Shown one piece after another: positions 1 through 12,720 of a stretch of 64,000 nucleotides of DNA (positions are counted from its first letter, which is position 1; each line of letters begins with the position of its first letter). Below the pieces are notes generated by a model, which searched no databases, was not told the DNA's origin, and worked only from the letters and a program-made list of their open reading frames with translations. Source of the stretch: Seison nebaliae (Eukaryota). The position numbers were made by a program, and so were the translations under genes. Location: contig JALJEE010000149.1 of the NCBI GenBank assembly GCA_023231475.1, positions 1 through 64,000 of the forward strand. The letters are read 5' to 3'.

Positions 1-226
1 CAAAGCATGAGCCTGGCTAATAGCTTGGCTCGAGCTTTGTATGTATAGGACTCTTATCATGTCTGGATTTTTTTTTTCCATGATGTATAGAGGACTCGAG
101 TTTTTTCACTTTGGACTCACGGATCATAATCACAGCACTAATTATCGGTGGGCGAAACGAATTTACTCTAATTTCGGAGAGAAGTTCACGAAACTTATTT
201 CGATTCTGGAGAACTTGTCACTTTAA
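1..226 (+). CDS. Possible 3' end of an unidentified gene (partial; putative intron 39-90)
   Basis: Frame QSMSLANSLARA joins through a 52-nt GTATGT...TAG intron to GLEFFHFGLTDHNHSTNYRWAKRIYSNFGEKFTKLISILENLSL*. AT-rich sequence follows. No homology recognised. Confidence 0.3.
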
Positions 227-3200
227 AGTCCATTTCAAAAAGGAAATTGTCGTTTCGTCTCATTTAATTACAAAAAGAAATGAAGTAAAATAATCGTTTT
301 CGGAAATTAATTCTGTTAAACAAAATTTTTTCATTCAATATCGAATATTCAGAAAGAAAATATCACGTTTAACTTAACAATTTCTTCACTTATGTCTCCA
401 AACAGAATTCTCATTTTGACATAAAATGACATAAAATAAAATAGTGAACTCGAATACAAAAATTACCGAAAATTTATTGAGTCTCTAAAATAATGATAAT
501 GATGATGATTCTCAATTTCTCCTCCGGAATATCGGGGATTCTCAAAGATAATCGAATGAAATTTTTTTGAAATATTAATTAGAATCTGTTATGAAAGAAT
601 GAAAAATAATTTTTCTTCAAAAGAAATTTTTCAAAAATTCCTCAAAAACATGATTTCGTATCGCAGGTGAAATAAATCGAAATCTACGGGATATCTTTGA
701 GAGATATTCGATATGTAATTTTGATAATCATATTTGTTGTCAAAATTCTTATGTTTCCTCTCCATCTAATTAACATGAATACATCGTGCATTGTCGTATC
801 AGACGTATAAAAGGAGGAGTGTGGGATTCATGAAATAATTCCCAATTACGTAAAATTAGTAAGAGATTATGGAATATAATAGGAAAAATTATTTACTCGC
901 AAGTGTATCTGCATCGTCTCATATTTGTTATTATTGTTGCTATGTCTCTGTCGTCGAAGTTTCTTTTTTGTCGTCCTAATTGGTGGATTAGGATTTATCG
1001 GATATCACTCTGATTTCTATGTAAATCATTTGCCCCATATCGGTCTGAGTATGATGAGGTGATCGGAATAAAAGGCAATATGTAAAGCTCATTCTTTCTT
1101 CTCTCTCATATAGTGTGATGGGATATCATTATATATTGATTTCTCTTTCTATTAGGAAATGAAAGATGATTATAAGAATGATAATTTTTCCATTTTGGAA
1201 ATGGAAGAAAATTTGAGTTTTTCGAGAACTTAATTACTTTTTTAAAAATGTGTCTCCGAAACTTCGAGTAATTCGATTTACATTTACTTAATCCGGTAAA
1301 ATCAGACAATTTAAAAGAAACTTCTCAATGAGAAGTTTTCATTTGGTCGACTTTGGAGATGATATGATGGTAATGAGGCGGATAGTTTAGGAAGACGGAT
1401 ATGTCGCTTGAATGAAGCGAAAGAATAGTTTGTGTACTTCACTGCAACAATGAGTAAGGGAGAAATGAATTAGGAGGAAAATGAACGACAAGTATCCCAA
1501 ACCAATTATTCATTCATGTTCTAATCGAGGCATTGATCACATCATGTAGCCACTTTATGTACTGGTGTATGATAGAACTAAAGTAATTCCAGTAACATTC
1601 GAGTTGTGTGGAGAGACATGTTCAATAGCAGAATTCCCGTCTGATGAGGAAAAGATTAGTGGATCTAACCATCATCATGATCATCAAACGAATTTGAGGA
1701 TTGTCTTCTTCTCTCCGCGCGCTCAACTTCTACTACTAGTGGTAGTGTGGTGGTCCAACAAACGAACACAATGTGTGCTTCGCACAACAATAAGTCATTG
1801 GATAAATGATGTATATATACAACACCAATTTTATTTTCTACCACACGCACAAATCGATATGTTGTAGTTCTTTTCTACAATTATTACGGGAATATACGCG
1901 ACAGAATAACCTGATAGATAATTGACATACGTATTACATAAGATTAATTTAGAGTCGCTATATCCTCATTTGCTCGTTCGAAGTTGTCACACTTCTCCCA
2001 ATAAACGATGATGACTTCTCAAAATTTTCATCAAAATTTCGAGATGGAAATGATGTTATTATCTCATATTTTCCTGCTACTTACCCACCAAATTTCAAAT
2101 GATGCCGTCGACCATATCCCCAGAGACTGTTGTCGAATAATGACGATAATGAATGGAACACTTTTCCCATTACCGTTGCATGAAATACACATTAATAATA
2201 GAGTGGAGAAATGTGTTCCGTTCGCCCTTGTGAGCTAGTTCTGTCTGCCTATGTCAGATAATTCGGTCGGAAATATAGCGGAAACCTCTAATCACTAAGA
2301 ATACTCACAATTCTTCATTCCCTCATTCTTGGCACTTGTACAACAAACATTTTATTGGAAATCTTCTCCCTAAAAATAGAGTTCTTTTCAAAAAATCATT
2401 TTTTTCCCATTACACTAAATTTTATCGATATTTATCAATTCCCAATTTCAACATAAGAATAAAAAGAAGAAAAGTAAAATTATAATCACTGCTGTTCCTT
2501 TGTATGTTATCTGTATGATACTAATCATTATATTATTTAAGAATTATAAAAAAAATGGTAAACTTTAAAAAGTTTCCATTTGATTTCTCGATATATTACA
2601 TAAGATAAAGAAGGATACTAATGTGTTACTATATATGTCACAGAATAGAAAAATCTTTTTCTGATAACGGTAATAAATGTAAATTATGTATATGAAATAA
2701 CAAATATAAGACAATATGAAGAAATTATTCATAAAATATTTTCTAGTAACATTTCAATCCAAAAAATTTTACCAGTAAAATAACCGGTATTAATGTAATA
2801 TTTCTCTGATAAAAACATATACAACAGAAAATAAACAAAAATATTAAAGATTTTCTCATTTCTTACCATAAAATGTTATTTGAATATTTCCCCTCATTTT
2901 TGTGTTATCTAATTTCACTTAATGTAATTGTTCGTTTTGCATTAAAACGAGTCGTTCGAAGAAGAAACGTTTCGATAATTATTCTGTTCACTAATTCAAA
3001 CTTTAATAAACGAACAACATATGACTATTATGAGTATTTTTAGCGTATAATAATATATTAAAATTTTGATGGATGACAATGTATTATCAGTAAACTGATC
3101 TTAACTACCGATAAATAACTACCATTTATTTTAAGACTTATATAATAAGTATTGCTTTAATATAATATCGTCATTAATGTTGGACAATAAATATAATTTC

Positions 3201-4615
3201 ATCAATATTTATAAGAAGTAAGTTAATGAAAGAATTGGCATATCACCATTAAGAGTAGAATGAGTCGAATTTATAACATCCATATTCGTCAATGATAAAT
3301 TTTAAGAGAAATTACCGAGATATTATTATTAAGGAGAGAAAGAATATTGCATAAGTTAATTGACAGTTGTTCCATTTATCTATATCATCCGTGGTTTTTT
3401 TTCTGTCAAAAATAGCTTTTAGGTAATCGAGATCGAGTGAAATAAATTCGAATAAATTGTGGAAATTATTTCTAGGCACATTTTTGTCTATTTTCAATTA
3501 TGTAATTTCAGTAAACTTTTATATGAGAGATAGTTTCGTTTAGTGAAAGGAAAGTAATAAAGACAATCTAAAAATTTCTTCCTTTTCCCAATTGGTTTTT
3601 CTTATCAAATAATTATCTAAAGTAACTCAACTAATCTCCACACAATGGAATCGATGTAATAGGAAAATGGCTGAAGTTGAGGATAAGCCAACTGATTATA
3701 GCCGATTTCTAAATGACTTCTCGGAAATTCAATAAGAATTTACGTCGACAGGTAACGGAGAGAGTAGCTAGACATCGTTAATGGTGTCAATTTGTGGAGT
3801 GGTGGAATTGTTGCTAAGTCTGTTGCTCTTTAATAAATTTACCCAGTCTCATTATGGAAATTATTTGTGGAAATTAATTTGCAACTGCAAATTTAGAGAA
3901 TTGACGAATGTGTATTGAGAAGTTCGTGGGGAGATTAATGGAATGGAGAGATAGTAGAATTGGTGGAATTGATTGAGGAGAAATTGAAAAGATTTAGAAT
4001 TGGGTACATCATACATTCGATTCACTACTGGAAATAAGAGGAAGAAATGGAGGAGAGACGAAAAACGACTCTCTCGTCGACGATATGGTTTAAGATTGAG
4101 CAGTTTTACTCTGTGAAATCGCATCGTCGCCTTCCATTAGGAAAAAATTCGTACAATTTGGTGACGAATCGAAGTAATCTTTTATTCAATAAGAATTTTA
4201 TTTGACATATACTCTAATCATTGAAATTCATATCCTGACAACGTAATATAGTTGAGAAATATGAAATCACTTTAAATGAGTATTCTTCTGTTGTTCGATA
4301 TGTATGAGATTGAATTGAATTAATTGTTCAGTTTCTATTCGGGAGGGATGGAGACAGAGATGGGGAGGTGATTGATTGCAATGTGAAAGTGAAAAATTTC
4401 AATTGTCCTTCGATCAATTACTCAATTCCGGTTGACAACGACTAATGGTGTGAGAGATTCATCAGAGGAGAGAGTTGATGGATGTTGGTAAGAAAAGTTA
4501 ATAAAATTTCAATTAGAGTTTCATCTTTCATTCCCAGTGAATTGGAAGAAGGAACATATAACGGAGAAATAATGGAGGATGATGGAAGAATGAAAGGAAG
4601 AAGAATAGATTTCCA

Positions 4616-5635
4616 TCAATCTCTCCCATTCTCGCCACACATCGTCAGAGATAAATATTTGATTTTTCCTTCAAAATTAATGACATCTTTGCGCAATTTT
4701 TCCGTGATCTATTGAAAATGGAAGAAAAGAAAGGAAGAGATTCCATCAAATAATGAGTTCATGAAAGAAAAGGAAGATAGAAAGACGGAGAAAACAAATG
4801 ATGAAAGAATTCCTTCTTTCCTTCATTCTATTCTCGAGTAGTTCAAAAGGAAGATCATTCTTTGTAAATATCGATATATATGGAAAAGGAGAACGAACAC
4901 ATTTTTCTCGATAAGGAATTCGCCGAATCCAATTGAGATGTTTGTTTAGATGAGAATGAATGACAATTATTAATAGATGCTAAATACGAAACTCTTATCT
5001 GTGCATGAAGTTCTTCTATTCGCTCATTTAAATGTTGGACGTAATCATTGATTTCGTTCGAGAATCCGTCTAATAGTTCTTCCTGTTCTCTCCGATATCT
5101 CTCCTTCTTCGTATTCTCATATCTGTTCTCAACAACATCATCATTTCCCCCAAATTCAAATTTAACGAAACTTTAATTGATAATCTTTCTTCGATTTACT
5201 TCGATGCCGATCGTTATAACGACATTTCTCCCATTGCAACCAATTGATCTTATGATCTTTCCGAGTATTCTCCAAACGTAAATGTTCAATTTCATCCCAA
5301 CGCTTCTGAAGAATCGTCATATAATGTTGGAATTCCGTTCGAATTCGATTTCGTATACCCAACAAATTTGCTGTTCTGTTCACATTATCGAAATTCGAAT
5401 TCGATACTGGTGATTGAATCGATGGAATAATTTGAATAAAAACAACCTTTTTATTTTCGGTTTAATATTTATGTTACGCTGTTCGAATTCATCAGGAATT
5501 TCAACTACTGTAGGAGAGACGTTAAGAAAATTTTCGAATTTTCAAAATTCAAATTACAAATTTCGAACAAACTTCGTGTTGTGGAGCTGAATCGTCAAAT
5601 TCCTCGTTTTCATTCTCTGTTTGGAATTCATTCAT
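4616..5635 (-). CDS. Putative multi-exon coiled-coil protein of unknown function
   Basis: ATG at 5635 (MNEFQTENENEEFDDSAPQHE). Short GT-AG introns link the frames to ORF 5162-5383 (EFQHYMTILQKRWDEIEHLRLEN), then YENTKKERYRREQEELLDGFSNEINDYVQHLNERIEELHAQIR, and a plausible last exon ITEKLRKDVINFEGKIKYLSLTMCGENGRD*. Composition is E/K/R/L-rich and heptad-like. Exon choices are uncertain. Confidence 0.4.
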
Positions 5636-6624
5636 TCTAGCACCTCTGAAATCTTTCAATATTTTCATGTACAACTATGTTCCTCACATTTTCACGATGG
5701 AAGAAAGTCCTTCACTTATGAATCGATATTATTACGGTTGACTCCATGGAAACCATAACCACAGTCTTCATCTGCCTTATTGACCTTATGATAACGATTC
5801 CCTATTGTTCTTCTAACTTCCTTTCCTGTAACTTATACAAGGGCTCGATCTCTTCTCTTCTCCCTATTCCCAAACTAGGAACAAAAGTGAAAGTAGTACA
5901 ATTATCGAATAACTAAATTTTAATTCGTTTTCATTTCAAAACTAATTTCAATACAAACATAATTTTTAATATTCTGAATAATCTTCTAACAAGGGAACTA
6001 CACTTGCGTCTCAGCTCAGATCATCTTGAAAATTTGGGAATAAGATTATTTTCATAATTATTTTTCATCGCTCAAGATTGAACAACTTCTTCATACGTAA
6101 ATGTAAAAGTTATATATACAAAACAATATAATGGAATGATAATTTTAAGAAAATTGAAATAAACATTAATACGTAAATTTTAAATAATCCAAGGTAATTC
6201 AACCATAGTGACTAATATTAAAACAACTTTATTCACTAAATTCAAAGTATTCAAATGTCAAAGATTTAAGATGTCCAATTTCAGAGATTATACTCGCAAT
6301 ATTTTTGAAACTATCATTATTTCCCTACACAATATTCAGGTAGAATAATTGCAAGTGTTTTAATAAAGTCGAAGTTGCTAATAAGGAGAAAATATATTTT
6401 CGATTAACAATGGAAATAAAATGGATTGATCAGATGAATAATCGTTTTTCAGTTTGTCAATTATCATGTTGAGTTGAAAGAAAAAAAAGTTTGAATGTTA
6501 CCACAGTCCAATAAAGTAAATTGTAGAATAATATAAAGAATTTTCCATAAATTTAGAGATAAAAATTCAAATTGTTTGATATTTGGAAGAAAAGCTTCAA
6601 AGAAATAAACATTAATTTCTTGAA

Positions 6625-7853
6625 ATGAGACGATTCTTTCATACTTCGACGAATCGATTCATTTCACTTCGGAAGAGTCGTCAGAATAGTTCGATTTTTT
6701 GATAATTTTTTTATTTGACAAATTTCCGTTTACAGATGAAGAATTTACGACGTTGGACGTGAAACGTTCAAGTGGACAAGGAAGAAAACGAATCGTTTTC
6801 ACGAGAGAAGCTGTTCCACCAGATCGTTCATTATCTCTCCAATTGATCAATAGGAAAATGGATTGGACAGATGTTTGGCCGAGTGCAGCTGCTTTTAAAC
6901 AATCTCTCATTCCATTTCCGATTCGAATGGGATATGTTGAGAAGAAGAATGAGAATAATGGAGTTCCACCATCCAAATATGGAAATAAAGAATTGATGAA
7001 AATTCAAAATTTTCTTCATTTGACACCACAACATATTAAAAAACATTGTGATGTATTGAAAAGTTTATTCACATTTTAAAAAATTGAAAAATAATTAAAA
7101 AAATTTTTGTTTTTAAAAAGAATTTTGTGTTCCATTTCCAGAAGAGTTGAAAGGTGTAAATGTGCAGAATTCTCTCTTTCCTCTTCGAATTCAAACGACC
7201 AATTACGTTTTCGGCAGTACAGTTATTCGGGAACCGAAATCCAGAATCGTTTCCATCAAAGTTTCATGAACATTTCTCATTTAATTTTTAATTGATTTAA
7301 AAAGTTTCCTTTAAAATCTCTCAATTTACCAGAGGAGAACGAACATAAATTCCTTCGATTAATCGGATTCCATTGTGGTGGTGGTGGTGGAATTGGACAG
7401 GAGCGGACACAAATCGTCGACGATCACACACCAAAAACGAGAATGAGCCAATCGCCAAATTATAAAGAATTGGAGAAATTGCAAATGAAAATTGTGAATG
7501 GTGAAAAATGGATTTTATTGATATCAAGTCGATGTCCACGACGACAACAAAATCAAGAATATCTTCTTTATCTGTTGGCAGCGACATATCATGAATCATT
7601 GAAAAAAGAGTCGTGGGAAGAAAGTGAATTTGAACGGGCAGATTGGCATCAATTCATTTGGGAGAAGAGTCCGTCCAAAGACACGTTTGAAAAGGTGTTG
7701 AAAAAACGTTTGGGAGAGACGTCGGAAATGAGTCGAGAAATGTTCAAGAAGAATTATCAGAAAACAATTGAGAATATCTTCCGAAAAACGAATACCATCG
7801 AGACGATGAATGATTATAAAGATTTAATGAAAAAAATAGTTTTTAATAAATAA
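6625..7853 (+). CDS. MRPS35: Mitochondrial small-subunit ribosomal protein mS35; 4 exons (introns 6689-6735, 7063-7120, 7261-7304)
   Basis: Arg-rich presequence MRRFFHTSTNRFISLRKSRQ. Family motifs: [93 protein letters not shown]. Confidence 0.92.
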
Positions 7854-8341
7854 ACTTTTTACAGTTAATTGAGATGTTTCAATGTAAATTTCTTTCTAAA
7901 TTTTTATCTTTATTTACTCCCGAATGATGACGAAATAGTAATAGAATACTTAATAGAATTATGGAAATTAACTGTTATTACTCCTTTCCAATTGTTATCT
8001 CGTGACATTCGAACTCTTTTTCTCTCTCTCTCTCCTTCTAATATCACGATAAATTCCCAATGACAAATGTCAACCCATCAATTATGATTTTCTTCCTCCA
8101 CTTTTTTTTTCCAAATGATAACATAAAAATTATTCTCTGATCTCATCGCTGGTTTTCACATTCTGGTAATTTAATGATGACATTAGAATAGAGATGAGAT
8201 TAAGATATTTTAGGAATGGAAAGTTTTTAGATGAATGTCGTTACAATCTCCCATGGTCGTGTGAAGTGGTTGTTGTTGAGTTTCGGTTTTATTCTCACGA
8301 ATTCTTTCATTCTGCGAGATATTTTTAATATAATCTAATGC

Positions 8342-8377
8342 ATATATATATATATATATATATACGTGTTGTTATCG

Positions 8378-8411
<34 letters not shown>
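8342..8411. repeat. Compound microsatellite, (AT)n followed by (GTT)n
   Basis: Directly visible: atatatat... then gttgttgtt... Confidence 0.9.
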
Positions 8412-10301
8412 GTATTAATGTAAACAAATAGTCTTCATTGGGAATTGGGAGAGAAGAATTTATTATATGTGCATGGAAGAGTGCACGAGAAGAAGGAGAA
8501 TTTATTAATTTTATTAAAAGAAAAAGAAACGAAAATTCTTTCGAGAAATAATTCCTTAATTCTATATAGATGGAGAGAATGATTGATCTTATATAATCGA
8601 ACACCCGTATTAGACAAAGAGAATTGTATTAACGTATACATTGATGGAAATGGAATAAATAATTAACGTAAAGGAGAATGCCGTATGATTTGATGGAGAG
8701 AGAATTTGATGATTCCTTTTTATCATCATCAAATGATTCTTCATCACTAGACTTCATTTCCAATCCACGCCCATCAGAAAGCACGGATGATTCTGGATGA
8801 AAGTATTCTTCCTCTCGAACCATCTGCCTAATGGACTATGTACAATCGATTCATTCATTCATCACCATTCGTCGAACGATGAATAATTCCTGATATATTT
8901 CCATTTGTTATTTATTAAATTAATTAAGTAAATTTATTCAATCTCATTTATTTTTTTTTCAGTTAAGCTTCTCCAAAACATAACAGTTTTTTGGAATATA
9001 AATTGATTTTTTTTTTCAATCGTTATTCGTGTAAAGCAAGAAGATTAAGCAACAATACATTCGATAGAAAGAGAATTCACAGGAGATTCTCTTCTCACAC
9101 GTCCTCCCCATATACCACCTATATGTGATTATCGGTATTATTTTAATCATTTTTCTCGCTTGATTCTCTTTATGAAAAAGAATTTGGCATTTTAACAGAA
9201 GAAATGATTCTTTCAAGTTGCATTAACGAGTTCTTCTAAATAAAGTCTTTCGGTCGTTCCATCATTCGAACAAGTCAATTACGGGGACATTCTCCTTTCC
9301 ATTAATAATCTGCCCAAATATTACAATCAATTCTCCCTTACAACTCCATATTTTTATAAGGAATTCTTGAAAAATTTCCATTTGTCCATTTGTTTGTTGT
9401 TGTCTAGGAAATGTTAAATTTTCGTGTAATTCCCTATCGATTTTGTTAATTTTATTCCAATAATATGTGGTTCTCTTAATATTTCTTTGGAATCTGAATA
9501 AAACTCGAAATGACATTCTGTCTGTATGTGTGTGTGTTGATGGAAGAAGAAACAGGAAAAATAATTCCATGATGAAAGAAATAGGAGTGGTGGATTAAAG
9601 ATGTTTCATTATGTACCTTCGTGCTTCATACTGAGATGTTTGTTCATAAGTTTTTTTGTTGGGGAGAAACGAGAAGGTTATTTGGCAGCGAATATTTTTA
9701 ACTGTTCATATATTTAATCAATCGATATTCTTCTTCATTATTCTTATGATAAGAAAAGATTTAAATATATTTCTTTTCTTCTTTTATGGAATGTCAAGAA
9801 TAATTTATTGAATAATAAAGTTATATAATCGTTTAATAAAACAGAATCAACAGCTAAATCTTCTGTTTGTTCTCACTTACTGAGTGAGTGAATATGTAGA
9901 AAGGAAATTCTGAAAGTATTTCTCGCTCAACTGAATTCCTCATCCAGATAGTTTTAGTTGTGTTAGGCTTAACAGATACGACCAAACAGTTGAGAGGAAA
10001 CGCAAATGAAAAAATTGAGTTGAAATTTAGAGGAGTTTCTTTCCTTTAATTGTATTTCTGCCTTGTTTCTATTCCAAAATATTTATTATTCATTTCGTGT
10101 GTTCTGTACAATTCTATTCATTCCAACCATCATTCCGTCCATTCGTCTACGTTTACTCAGTTTTCCTTCAATTACCAATTTATCAAAAGGGAATTTAACG
10201 GAATCCATTTCTAGATAGATCCATGTTAAAATCGTCTCATCAATTCATTTAATTATTTCTCACTTTCACCAATACAGAATATCATTTATTCAATTATCCC
10301 A

Positions 10302-11849
10302 ATGCATGCAGTTCTCCGAAGTATGAATTTGAAAAGGAAAATGATGATGAATCGATCACTCAACGGTATTCGTCCAACTTCCTTCTGTTCTCGAATATTC
10401 ATCAGTCGCATCATCATTTATTTACTACTTGTCTATTTCATTTTGATGGATATTAAACTATTGATCATTCTACGGAAATTCCCCGAAACAAACAATCGAC
10501 TTCTCCATCAACTGGATCCGACACCGTCATCGAAAGTTTCAAAATTTCTGATGAATTATCAAAATCTTTTAAATCAAACGAAGAAATATTCAAAAAATAT
10601 TGATCGCCAACTAATCCTCCAATCGAGACTACTCCGAAATTTCTCATTTTCAAATGTCTCTTCATCACCCATCACAATGTTCCATCCGTTATCCATCAAA
10701 CGTTTAATGGTGGCGGAAATGACACAATTCGTCCGATCTCCTGCATCTGAAATATTCGAAGATGTTACACATTTCGCTCGAGCGTTCCCGTGGATCACTC
10801 CGAATTATGTATCATTTTTTGGATGTATTCTCTCTGTCATCGTTCTTCGAATGATGTCAACAACATCATTTTGTATTCAACAAATGGCAGTGATTTTATA
10901 TCAATTGAGAAATTATATGGATAGTTATGACGGAGTCGTTTTTCGAACTCATATGAAAATGACGGAGAATTCGAAAAGTGCAACAACCAAATCGTCGATG
11001 AATCAAACGACTTCGCCTATCAATAATAAGAAACCGATTGGATATCAATCTTTCTACAATTCAAACGGATATTTTGTCGATGCAACTTCGGACGCTTTCG
11101 GAGGAATTTGTTTCTGTGTCTCCCTCTTATTATGTCTCCTCAAAATGAGACAGAAATATCTGAATAATAGTGAGAAGATTAGCAGACAATCACCAGTCCA
11201 TTCACCATCAATCAACAAATCGTATGATATTGAGAAATCACTTTCCAACGAGAATGATGATTCTTCCTCCGACTCAACTACTAAAGATCATTTCTCTTAC
11301 AGGAATTTAACCTTCAGGTCTGATGTCGAAGACTTTTTTTACAGATCAACTCAAACTCTTCGTCAAACCGTTTCATGGTTAATGCCGAAACCACCGAAAT
11401 TGGAGAATGTCACTAAAGCTTACGTCTTTCAACATATTTTATTATTCGGATTGAGAATCGCAATTACTGCCATTTTGTGGGATAAGATCGTTCGACAATA
11501 TTCAGCTGTTTTCGATTATGTTCCAAAACCATCAAAATTTTCGCCTTCCAGCAATCTCGTGGAATTGGAATCTTTCCTCATTTATGAAGTGAAACGGGAA
11601 AATTATATGAGAGTTCAAGCGAAAATACTGCAATCTGCCACCACTCTGACAATCGTTTTCTTCTGGAGAATATCAAGTGCAATTGCCCTCCTCGATTATT
11701 TAGCCGCAGCAATTTTCATCAATCGTTCCTGGCCGTTTGTAATAAAAACATCTCGAATCGGATGGATCTTTTTAATTAGTTTATGGATTATTTCCATTTT
11801 CCATCTATCTCACGTTACAAGTATCTTAAATGAAATCTTAAACAAATAG
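10302..11849 (+). CDS. Cpes: Ceramide phosphoethanolamine synthase (CPES; CDP-alcohol phosphotransferase family), intronless, 515 aa
   Basis: N-terminal TM segment, PWITPNYVSFFG, CDP-alcohol phosphotransferase motif DSYDGVVFR...GYFVDATSD, and C-terminal ILWDK and FFWRISS segments typical of the Drosophila CPES-type family. The start codon could be a downstream Met. Confidence 0.88.
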   Translation: MHAVLRSMNLKRKMMMNRSLNGIRPTSFCSRIFISRIIIYLLLVYFILMDIKLLIILRKFPETNNRLLHQLDPTPSSKVSKFLMNYQNLLNQTKKYSKNIDRQLILQSRLLRNFSFSNVSSSPITMFHPLSIKRLMVAEMTQFVRSPASEIFEDVTHFARAFPWITPNYVSFFGCILSVIVLRMMSTTSFCIQQMAVILYQLRNYMDSYDGVVFRTHMKMTENSKSATTKSSMNQTTSPINNKKPIGYQSFYNSNGYFVDATSDAFGGICFCVSLLLCLLKMRQKYLNNSEKISRQSPVHSPSINKSYDIEKSLSNENDDSSSDSTTKDHFSYRNLTFRSDVEDFFYRSTQTLRQTVSWLMPKPPKLENVTKAYVFQHILLFGLRIAITAILWDKIVRQYSAVFDYVPKPSKFSPSSNLVELESFLIYEVKRENYMRVQAKILQSATTLTIVFFWRISSAIALLDYLAAAIFINRSWPFVIKTSRIGWIFLISLWIISIFHLSHVTSILNEILNK

Positions 11850-12720
11850 AGAATCTACTCTACAACTTTCCTCCAAATTTAGAACGAGAACAGTTGGGGA
11901 ATTCTCCTCTCCACAACACTCATTTCTCCTTGACTTCTTTTCATTCTTCTGTAAAAATTTTATTATTATTATGAAAATAATGTTTATTTCATTTTTTTCA
12001 TCAAATAATTGAGTTAGAACATTTGTAAATTATTTCCGTTCCGAACGGTTATGTTCGTAAATACAATAAACTTACATTAGCTTAATCGCTAATAAGAGGA
12101 GAAGAATTGAACTATAAATTTTTATTTATCTTTCTCTTGGACTATTGAATTGAATAATTGACTATGACTAGTTGATGTTGACGACGGACATGAATTATGA
12201 AACATAACGTTTAATTTACAAAAGACTCGTAATATCATAATATTGGAACAATAACTGATAAATATAAACATTTCTTTCATTTACCCAAAAAAATATCCAT
12301 CAAACCTAAATATTTACTTTTTATCATTTTGGCTAATAATTAATATCGTCCACGTATACCATTAAAAACGATAAAAACTATTAAAACGGATTTCCAAAAA
12401 TAATAGTTGGGTCAATTGATGTCTTTTCTCCATACATGGTAATAGTTGATTTCAATGATACTGTCCAATTACCAGGAAAGCAGATTAGTTTTTAGGGTTC
12501 TTAAAAATTGACTATAAATATAAATGGTTTGATCAATTTTAATCTGTCCAACAAATTACAAGGAGGAAAATTTAAATAAAATATTTATTCTTGGAAAAAT
12601 ACAATAAAATAAGGGGGAAATTTGATGGAGACGTTGTCGATGTTATAATGGAGATTTTGATGGGAGAAATAATTAATATAAAATGTTTCTTCTAAAGTGT
12701 GAGGTATGTTTGATTGAGAG

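Noticed and set aside
8200..9600. Short minus-strand ORFs (8629-8823, 9016-9216, 9262-9570) that might form a gene
   Set aside because: I could not build a consistent spliced model or recognise any homology. Left unresolved.
11172..11185. GAGAAGATTAGCA resembling the U6 snRNA ACAGAGAAGATTAGCA core
   Set aside because: It lies inside the CPES coding frame and the flanks do not match U6.
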